This document shows, one piece after another, positions 19,165 through 25,974 of a stretch of 64,000 nucleotides of DNA (position 1 is its first letter; each line of letters opens with the position of its first letter). A program made the position numbers and the translations under genes. Below the pieces are notes generated by a model that did no database searches, was not told the origin of the DNA, and worked only from the letters and a program-made list of their open reading frames with translations. Source of the stretch: Mycobacteriales bacterium (GTDB taxonomy: Bacteria > Actinomycetota > Actinomycetes > Mycobacteriales > QHCE01); NCBI GenBank assembly GCA_038260095.1, contig JBBSOC010000004.1:3341-67340 (forward strand), in the 5' to 3' direction.

Positions 19165-20501
19165 GCTCTCATTCTGCCCACAATCGCGGTGTCATAGTTC
19201 CCCGAAACGAACTCTGAGTTGTCTAAAAGTTCTGAAAAGAACGCTAGGTTCGATTTTGGCCCGGTCACAGTGAAGTTTCGTACCGCGTCTCGAGCGCGCA
19301 TGAGTGCTGCGTCCCGATCGGGGGCATGCACGATCAGCTTGGCCATCAGCGAGTCGTAGTGCGGAGTCACTGTGGTACCGGCCACATATCCGGCGTCGAC
19401 ACGAACACCCTCGCCGCTTGGCTCCAGCCACTGTGTGATGGCGCCCGGTCCGGGAAGGAAGCGCTTGGGGTCCTCGGCATTAATCCGCAGCTCGATGGCA
19501 TGTCCGGTGGGCTTAAGCGCATCTGGGTCAAATCCGGGGGCCTCACCCGCGGCGATTCGCAGCTGCTCGGCAACTAGGTCAATGCCGTAGCGCGCCTCGG
19601 TGATGGGGTGTTCCACCTGTAATCGAGTGTTCATCTCCAGGAACGCGAACTCTCCGGTTTCGGGGTCGAGTAAACATTCCACGGTTCCGGCGTTGCGGTA
19701 GCCCACCGCTTCGCCTGCCTGAATAGCTGCCTGCTCCATTCGGTGGCGAAGCTCCGGCGTTACCGCGGGTGATGGAGTCTCTTCAACCAGCTTTTGGTTG
19801 CGGCGCTGCACTGAGCAGTCGCGCTCCCCCAAAGCGACGACGCGACCATTGGCAAGGCCAAGGATCTGGATCTCTACGTGTCGCACCCGCGGAAAGTAGC
19901 GCTCCAACAACACCGATGAGTCGCCGAACATGCGGCCGGCAAAAGCGCGAATTTTTTCAAACTGCTCGCTGAGCTCATCAGAGCTGTTGGCTACCGCCAT
20001 ACCCATACCGCCGCCGCCGGCCGACGCTTTGATCATGAGCGGAAAACCGATATTTTCAGCCTCGCTACGTGCCTGCTCCACAGTTGCGACTGGGTCTTTG
20101 GTTCCGGCCGCCACGGGGACGCCGGCAGCAGCCACTAAATTTCGGGCGTTGATTTTGTCACCCATGGCCTCTATCGACTCCGCGGGCGGCCCAATCCACA
20201 CCATACCTGCGTCACGCACGCTCCGGGCAAAGCCAGCGTTTTCGGAGAGAAAGCCGTAACCGGGATGGATAGCGGAAGCGTTGGTTTTGATAGCGGCCGC
20301 GAGTATGGCTGATGCGTTGCGATAAGAAAGCGCCACGGCGGCCTCGCCTAAGCAGACAGCCTCATCGGCTTCATGCACAAACGGAAGGTCGGCGTCTACG
20401 TCGGAGTACACCGCAATGGTGCGAACCCCGAGCTGCTTGGCCGTCCGAATGATTCGACGAGCAATCTCTCCCCGGTTGGCGACCAGTACCGATTCCAACA
20501 T
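19161..20501 (-). CDS. biotin carboxylase (ATP-grasp) subunit without a BCCP domain
   Basis: 446 aa with VANRGEIARRIIRT, MIKASAGGGGMGM and the EMNTRLQVEHPITE motif. The protein ends right after the BC C-domain, with no BT or biotinyl-lipoyl domain. Confidence 0.88.
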   Translation of the reverse strand: MLESVLVANRGEIARRIIRTAKQLGVRTIAVYSDVDADLPFVHEADEAVCLGEAAVALSYRNASAILAAAIKTNASAIHPGYGFLSENAGFARSVRDAGMVWIGPPAESIEAMGDKINARNLVAAAGVPVAAGTKDPVATVEQARSEAENIGFPLMIKASAGGGGMGMAVANSSDELSEQFEKIRAFAGRMFGDSSVLLERYFPRVRHVEIQILGLANGRVVALGERDCSVQRRNQKLVEETPSPAVTPELRHRMEQAAIQAGEAVGYRNAGTVECLLDPETGEFAFLEMNTRLQVEHPITEARYGIDLVAEQLRIAAGEAPGFDPDALKPTGHAIELRINAEDPKRFLPGPGAITQWLEPSGEGVRVDAGYVAGTTVTPHYDSLMAKLIVHAPDRDAALMRARDAVRNFTVTGPKSNLAFFSELLDNSEFVSGNYDTAIVGRMRA

Positions 20502-20685
20502 GGACTTTCCTCCTCGCAGGTTGTGAGTACCTGCCTAGCAGCGGATCTGGTACGAAATTTCTGACTTGGATCAGGTTAGCCAGTTACTCACCAGTCGCCA
20601 CCCAGCTCGCAGCGTGTCATGCGACACAGCAGCGCCTACCTCGACTGGCGGCCCAGAGGGCGGCTCGGTCGTTTGTAGTTCAGCG

Positions 20686-21507
20686 TCATGGCAGGAACCT
20701 CTGCAGTGCCTGAACAAGAGAATCCGCCACTTTTTGCCGAAAGCTTGAGTCCTTCATTCGGGCGGCATCCGCGGCGTTGCGCATGTTGCCTGACTCCAGA
20801 ATCATCGTTGGCACTTTACTGAGGTTTAATCCCGCCATATCCGTGCGTAGGTTAAGGCCGTCGCGACCAATGTAGTCAGCGGTCTGCATGCCAGTGCCCG
20901 CCTGGTATGCGTCGCGCACCGCGACGGCCAACTGGTGGGATCGAGCCTTGATAGGACTGTCAAGGCCAGGTTCCAATACATGAAAGCCGCTTCCACCGGC
21001 TGGGCCACCGTCGCCATGGATGGAGATCACGGCAGCAGCTTTAGCTTCGTTGCCGATTGCGGCGCGCTGATTCACGCACGGACCCCATGGGGTATCAGCC
21101 GTGACCGTTGTCCTCACTGTGGCACCGGCGGCGGTAAGGAGCAACACCAGTCGCTTGGACACATCCCACGTAAAATCAGCTTCCCGATATCCGTCGTTAG
21201 TCTGGGTTCCGGTGGTGTCGCAGGCCTTTTTTGTACCATTACCCGCATCTACCAGCTGCTTTATCTCGTTTGAGTGATCAAAGTTGCCGCGGTTGTGTCC
21301 GGGATTAACAACGATAGTTAGCCCCTTCAGCGGGCTAGCTGCTTTCGTGTGGCTGAGCTCAGTGGTAGCGGCTGCTGAAGCCGAAGGCGGCTTTAGCGAG
21401 GGGTTCTTACTGGCGTCGCTTGTGCTGGCCGGCCCACCGCAAGCAGTCAGGACAAGCGATGCAAACAACATTGCAATCGTGTACCGCATTCCACGCTTAC
21501 TGTTCAT
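20686..21507 (-). CDS. N-acetylmuramoyl-L-alanine amidase (Amidase_3 type), lipoprotein
   Basis: 273 aa with a signal peptide and lipobox (LVLTAC). Amidase_3-like core (VVNPGHNRGN..ISIHGDG..ESGNMRN). Its ATG overlaps the Nudix stop (ATGA). Confidence 0.8.
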   Translation of the reverse strand: MNSKRGMRYTIAMLFASLVLTACGGPASTSDASKNPSLKPPSASAAATTELSHTKAASPLKGLTIVVNPGHNRGNFDHSNEIKQLVDAGNGTKKACDTTGTQTNDGYREADFTWDVSKRLVLLLTAAGATVRTTVTADTPWGPCVNQRAAIGNEAKAAAVISIHGDGGPAGGSGFHVLEPGLDSPIKARSHQLAVAVRDAYQAGTGMQTADYIGRDGLNLRTDMAGLNLSKVPTMILESGNMRNAADAARMKDSSFRQKVADSLVQALQRFLP

Positions 21508-22109
21508 TTCGGCTTCTTAATACGTCGCCCCTTGCACGTCACGATTCCTCGCGCCAGTGCTATCCCCACAGCGGCGAGAGTGAAGCCGTCGGTGATCTGA
21601 CCCGCTGCCACCTCGTCAAGCAGCTGCCGCCAGCTAAGCCACCGCACCGCGGAAACTTCACGCAAGTCCAGCGGCAAGGTCGGCGTATCGGAATAGTGGG
21701 CAAGGAACACACTTACGCTGGTCGCCAAGATCCCCGAGTTAGGAGTCATTGTGGTTAGCAAGTCAAGCTGCCCAGGGTGGGCTCCGAGTTCCTCGACAAG
21801 TTCGGCGCGGGCGGATTGCGCCGGGTCGCAGTCTTGACCGAAACCGCGCGGAATCCCCCACTCCCAGCATTGCAGTGTGTAACGGTACGTACGCACCAAG
21901 GCGACCTGCTCCCCGCATACGGCAAGCATGGCTACGCCTGGACGGCCTTCCGCCTCAACCACCCGCACATAGTGGCCGGACTGACCGTCGGAGAATCGCA
22001 CGTCGTCGTCGAAGACGGTGACGAACGCGTTCTGATACACCTTCTGCTCGGCGGTTCGGACTATCCCAGCTTCACGACGCTCGATGGAGCCGGTGCTATC
22101 GCTACTCAT
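21504..22109 (-). CDS. Nudix hydrolase (ADP-ribose pyrophosphatase-like) with an atypical Nudix box
   Basis: Nudix box GFGQDCDPAQSARAELVEELGA. I place the start at ATG 22109, which forms an ATGA overlap with the upstream 437-aa gene; the track start 22199 would overlap that gene by 94 nt. Confidence 0.75.
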   Translation of the reverse strand: MSSDSTGSIERREAGIVRTAEQKVYQNAFVTVFDDDVRFSDGQSGHYVRVVEAEGRPGVAMLAVCGEQVALVRTYRYTLQCWEWGIPRGFGQDCDPAQSARAELVEELGAHPGQLDLLTTMTPNSGILATSVSVFLAHYSDTPTLPLDLREVSAVRWLSWRQLLDEVAAGQITDGFTLAAVGIALARGIVTCKGRRIKKPK

Positions 22110-23419
22110 CGTTGAATCATCCCTCGTATCGACGCCGTTCCGCTGGTCACAGTGGCCTCCCATTGCGCTGCCGCTTTGCCGCGAGTTTTTTCGCCCCACT
22201 TAGCTTGCCACCGACCTACGACCGGGTGGGCGGCAAATAAAGAGAGTATTCCAGCCACACCCGCCCCGATAGCCGCACCAAAACCGCCTCCGATGGAGTC
22301 ACCTAATCCGCCTGCGGCGATACCCACCATGATGCTGACAATCGCATGTGGAAGCGCGACCTTGAGCGCTAAACCGGCACGTTTATCCACCTCAGTTCTG
22401 CCAACAAAACTTTGGTGTTCGCCCAAGATGTAGCCCAGCCGGCGCTGCGGATTGGCCATGTGATCGAAATCCGGTAATAGCTCCGCCAGCTTGTCCCAGG
22501 TTAACCAGGCATAGCGGCGAGGGTCCTGGGCGAGCGCGCTGAGTTGACTAGCACGCGAAGTGTTTTCCTGAGTGGCGGCAAGCGCTTGTGCAACCTCGTC
22601 TGTAGGGCAGAGTGTGAATGCCCCAGTTGCGCCTAGTGAGTCGGCCACCACACTGTTGTAAGCACCGTCGATGATCCCTCGAACATTCATCATCGACAAG
22701 CTGTCGGAGCCGATATGCTCGTCAAGCAGTGTGTACCAGGCCGACCTTCGGTTCATCTGCTCGCTCGGCACCGCATGCGCTATTTCCATCAAGAACTTCG
22801 CAAATCTGGCCGTCCGCCGGTCATGCAGGGCAAGCGCCGCTAATCCGGCATAAACCCGAGATGCCAGTCCAGATCCCGGCGCCGGCGGAGTTCGTTCGAT
22901 AGCCGAGCTCTGCCGTAGACTCACATTGAGCTCGATAAGTCCCTCCAGCCGGGCTACAAGTCGCTTGTCATCCAGCTCGGTGACATTGTCGGGGTTATGG
23001 TCCAGTATATCCAGCACCTGAGCCCGTAATCGCTGATCGGCCAGCTCCGGCCAGGCCGACAGCACGAACCCTGGCTGGGCTAGCGCAGAGCAGAACGCGT
23101 TGAGGAGCGTGAACCGCTCGGAGTGCTGGGTTCGCTGCCGAAGCGCCGGCGTATCGAGAATTCTGACTTGGATCCGGTTATTCCGAACAAGACGAAGTAG
23201 AGCGCGACAGGCGGGTGACGGCTGAGCGAGCTGGGCCAGGAGTAGCGCGTTATCGAATGCCTGCGTCTGCGACAGCAATGGAGTGGCTCCGCCGATGAGC
23301 ATGTCCAGCATCACCACGCCGGTGGCGCTCACCGCTCGCGCGGCATACAGCTCTGGAGAGACATCTTTACTGAAGTACACCGTGTCCAGAGCGCTGTAAT
23401 AGTGCAGCTTGCTTGTCAC
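22106..23419 (-). CDS. hypothetical 437-aa protein with a C-terminal glycine-zipper membrane hairpin
   Basis: GTG start with AGGAG 6 nt upstream. I recognise no motif. The C-terminus is AIVSIMVGIAAGGLGDSIGGGFGAAIGAGVAGILSLFAAHP followed by a basic tail. Confidence 0.7.
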   Translation of the reverse strand: MTSKLHYYSALDTVYFSKDVSPELYAARAVSATGVVMLDMLIGGATPLLSQTQAFDNALLLAQLAQPSPACRALLRLVRNNRIQVRILDTPALRQRTQHSERFTLLNAFCSALAQPGFVLSAWPELADQRLRAQVLDILDHNPDNVTELDDKRLVARLEGLIELNVSLRQSSAIERTPPAPGSGLASRVYAGLAALALHDRRTARFAKFLMEIAHAVPSEQMNRRSAWYTLLDEHIGSDSLSMMNVRGIIDGAYNSVVADSLGATGAFTLCPTDEVAQALAATQENTSRASQLSALAQDPRRYAWLTWDKLAELLPDFDHMANPQRRLGYILGEHQSFVGRTEVDKRAGLALKVALPHAIVSIMVGIAAGGLGDSIGGGFGAAIGAGVAGILSLFAAHPVVGRWQAKWGEKTRGKAAAQWEATVTSGTASIRGMIQR

Positions 23420-23444
23420 TCACAGCTCCTAGCTCCGGTACAAG

Positions 23445-23750
23445 TCAAGGCATTTTATTTTCCGGCGAGGCCGAGAGGCTGCGCAACCCACTGGTGAGCG
23501 TAGTTAAACCCATCGCCACCGCCCGATTGCCTAAGGAGAATGTCTACTGACCAGCGTAGACAACTATCCGCCGGGTAGCGTAAATATCGTCAGAGCCATA
23601 CCAGAAACCTTTAGAGACGGCTGGGGCGGCAGAACGTTTGATTTCAATTGCCCACCGTTGAGTAGAGCTGATTTCAAGGACTAGATCGATCTCTGCGCCC
23701 GTGGCGGTTCGATAAAACCAAGCTTGTGAACCAGGGCCGAATACACCTAC
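23445..23750 (-). pseudogene. C-terminal remnant of a DUF4143-type (AAA) ATP-binding protein gene, with an in-frame TAG
   Basis: My translation is WFYRTATGAEIDLVLEISSTQRWAIEIKRSAAPAVSKGFWYGSDDIYATRRIVVYAGQ*TFSLGNRAVAMGLTTL. This matches the conserved C-terminus of that family. The stop is at 23544-23546, and no N-terminal ATPase part is present. Confidence 0.65.
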
Positions 23751-24181
23751 AAGCCCAACTTCGCCTTCGTTTCCTGCCAGGGCTCGGTAGCGATATCGCC
23801 ACCCATAATGAGGTGATTAGCGTGCTCTAACATTTGGCGGTGAGCATGAGGATCACGCTGAGTCGTCAACGCTACACGTTGCCAGCGTTTCAGCATCTCC
23901 TGTAATCCGCTTAGGTCCATGGTTTCAGCCGTTTCGGCCAGCACAGTACGGTACTCGCGATCGAAGTCACCAATTTCTTCACCAATCAGGGCTGCACGAA
24001 TCTCGCTAGGCGTTGCGCCCAGCGGGCTCGCAGATATAGGTGCAACAGGAGAAGCCATACCAACACCATAACCGAAGCGGCATCGTTGGAGGCATGCTGC
24101 GACCGCAACTGTGGTGAATAGCTGTAAGAATCGAAGTGCTTTGGCTGGTAGCGGGCCACTGTTGCCAAGGCGGGGTTCCAC
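23747..24181 (-). CDS. hypothetical small helical protein (start uncertain: GTG 24181 or ATG 24058)
   Basis: The C-terminal 100 aa (PSEIRAALIGEEIGDFDREYRTVLAETAETMDLSGLQEMLKRWQRVALTTQRDPHAHRQML) resemble small actinobacterial DUF-type proteins recalled from memory. This is unverified. Confidence 0.5.
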   Translation of the reverse strand: MEPRLGNSGPLPAKALRFLQLFTTVAVAACLQRCRFGYGVGMASPVAPISASPLGATPSEIRAALIGEEIGDFDREYRTVLAETAETMDLSGLQEMLKRWQRVALTTQRDPHAHRQMLEHANHLIMGGDIATEPWQETKAKLGL

Positions 24182-24241
24182 TCCTGAGCCTCAGTCGGCA
24201 TGGCGGCCGGCTGGCTTGATGAAGTGGAGGATCATCGCGGG

Positions 24242-24529
24242 ATGGGCGAATACTTGATTCGAACGCAAGCAACCCACGAGTGGCCGGCCGTCCACCGAAA
24301 TCGGATGCCTGTCGTGCTGACACCGTCCGGCTACGATTGCGCGGCGGTTAGTGGCTGGGGCGACTTCCGTTTGCAGTGCGGTGCCGCGCAGGTCACCTTC
24401 TCCGGTGAGGAAGCCGGGTGGCACGTTGTCGTTGAGGGTGAGCTGGCAGACACACAAAGATTCATGGCGCAGGTCACGAGTCAAGTGACACAAGAATCAG
24501 GCGAGGCGTGCGAGTGGTTACCGCTCTGA
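24242..24529 (+). CDS. hypothetical protein (95 aa from ATG 24242; track start 24200)
   Basis: GGAGGA lies 10 nt upstream of ATG 24242. No recognisable motif. Divergent from the 23747-24181 gene and ends 28 nt before the tRNA-Ala 3' end. Confidence 0.5.
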   Translation: MGEYLIRTQATHEWPAVHRNRMPVVLTPSGYDCAAVSGWGDFRLQCGAAQVTFSGEEAGWHVVVEGELADTQRFMAQVTSQVTQESGEACEWLPL

Positions 24530-24556
24530 TGACGTGAGGCGTGGTGGGGCTGAGGG

Positions 24557-24632
24557 TGGTGGAGACGAGGGGAATCGAACCCCTAACCCCTGCCTTGCAA
24601 AGGCAGTGCTCTGCCAATTGAGCTACGTCCCC
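24557..24632 (-). tRNA. tRNA-Ala (anticodon UGC), CCA encoded
   Basis: The reverse complement is GGGGACGTAGCTCAATTGGCAGAGCACTGCCTTTGCAAGGCAGGGGTTAGGGGTTCGATTCCCCTCGTCTCCACCA. The G3:U70 identity pair is present. Confidence 0.93.
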
Positions 24633-24701
24633 GGGTGCGGAGCTTGCCAGCCGAATACTGGAGCTAGCTACCAGCCAAGATTATACCGGCGTCCGAAGTA
24701 G

Positions 24702-24821
24702 CTAAGGGGCATTTGTCGCTTCTTGCCAAAGTTCTCGCTCTTCACGAGCCACCCGAAGCTTTTTGAACACCAACAACGCAATTGTGGATACAGCCGCAAC
24801 TAACACTATTCGCTTGAACAC
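24702..24821 (-). CDS. 39-aa small membrane protein, DLW-39-family-like (below the ORF-track cutoff)
   Basis: My translation is MFKRIVLVAAVSTIALLVFKKLRVAREERELWQEATNAP. The GTG start has AAGGAAGG 10 nt upstream. The length, TM helix and (D/E)LW motif fit that family as I recall it. Confidence 0.6.
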   Translation of the reverse strand: MFKRIVLVAAVSTIALLVFKKLRVAREERELWQEATNAP

Positions 24822-25011
24822 GCAGCGCCGCCTTCCTTGTAAAGTCTTACAAGCCCTAACCACCTATTGCTGGTTAGGGCAACCGGGCTCCGTCGGGCCG
24901 ACCGAAGCCCGCACCGCCGGGTCTGGGGGCTCGGTCCCCAGAAGAAATGACGAGCAGTAACAAGCAAGGCGGGTTCGCGCTTATGGCGAACAAGGCTCAC
25001 CCCCGAACTCG

Positions 25012-25085
25012 TGGGGCTAGCTGGAATCGAACCAGCGACCTCATCGTTATCAGCGATGCGCTCTAACCGACTGAGCTATAGCCCC
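25012..25085 (-). tRNA. tRNA-Ile (anticodon GAU), CCA not encoded
   Basis: The reverse complement is GGGGCTATAGCTCAGTCGGTTAGAGCGCATCGCTGATAACGATGAGGTCGCTGGTTCGATTCCAGCTAGCCCCA, followed by CGA rather than CCA. Confidence 0.92.
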
Positions 25086-25119
25086 GGGTGCGGGGCATAG
25101 ATTACCCCACCGGTCGCGG

Positions 25120-25974
25120 CTATTCGCGCTCGGCCAGTGTTAGCTCGATTCCACCGGCTAAGTCCGCACAGACGTTATAGATGAACGCACCCAGTGTGGC
25201 CATCGCAGTGAATAAAACCATGTTCACCGCTCCCAATAGCGCCGATCCACCAATCACTAACTTCGCGTCAATCGCGAACGTGGATGAACCTGCGTTTTGC
25301 TCGCCGCTACTGGTTAACGAGGTAATCGTCTCATTCAGGCTGTCGAAAACACCCATAGCGTCGAGCACAGTGTACAAGATCACTGAAGCCACAATTCCCA
25401 TGACGAAAAGCACAAACGCCACAGCGAAAGATAGCCTCATCATCGACCACGGGTCGACCTTCTTCAACTGTAGCCGCGCGCGTCGCGGACCCCGGCCCGC
25501 AGCCGAAGCCACTGCTTCCCGAGCCTTATTCACAGCCTCACTGAATTGAAATTTCTCCGAAGTAGCTGACGCGTGTAGAGCAGAGTGTGAGCCTGGCCCG
25601 GTCGGCACGCTAAGCGGTTCAGGAACCTGCCGCGGTTGCGGTTCGGCTCCAGCGGCAGCCCGCTCCGCTGGAAAGTTGGGCGCGGATGCCATGCCATTGG
25701 AGCCATTGGACATCGGCTGCGGTGATGTTGGAGACCCAGGGCCGCGTCCAACAGTGCCCGGTGAGGGTAGCGGTACAGGTGGCCACGCTGGAGTAGGAGC
25801 TGCCACTGACGACACAGCGACCCGTGAGTTGGCCATCACCGACGTCTCTTCACCCGACGACGTCTCTTCACGCAGCATGGAGGAAGGAGAATCAGCTAGC
25901 TCCGAATCCACCGCCGCCGAAGCTGTGTTCGGATCACGCTGAGTGCGATCGGCGCTGCTCGTAGCGTCGCTCAT
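25120..25974 (-). CDS. DUF3566-type membrane protein (Rv0007-like)
   Basis: 284 aa with a disordered Pro/Ser-rich N-terminus and a C-terminal domain (VDPWSMMRLSFAVAFVLFV...FIYNVCADLAGGIELTL). Lies directly downstream of gyrA, as in other actinobacteria. Confidence 0.8.
   Translation of the reverse strand: MSDATSSADRTQRDPNTASAAVDSELADSPSSMLREETSSGEETSVMANSRVAVSSVAAPTPAWPPVPLPSPGTVGRGPGSPTSPQPMSNGSNGMASAPNFPAERAAAGAEPQPRQVPEPLSVPTGPGSHSALHASATSEKFQFSEAVNKAREAVASAAGRGPRRARLQLKKVDPWSMMRLSFAVAFVLFVMGIVASVILYTVLDAMGVFDSLNETITSLTSSGEQNAGSSTFAIDAKLVIGGSALLGAVNMVLFTAMATLGAFIYNVCADLAGGIELTLAERE

Noticed and set aside
14542-24556. Classical tRNA-Ala-integrated genomic island
   Set aside because: I saw no integrase, no direct repeat of the tRNA 3' end and no obvious compositional shift. 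It is kept only as a synteny-break observation.
24763-25000. 65-aa plus-strand and 64-aa minus-strand ORFs between tRNA-Ala and tRNA-Ile
   Set aside because: They have no RBS or motif and mutually overlap. The region is better explained by hairpins plus the 39-aa DLW-39-like ORF.
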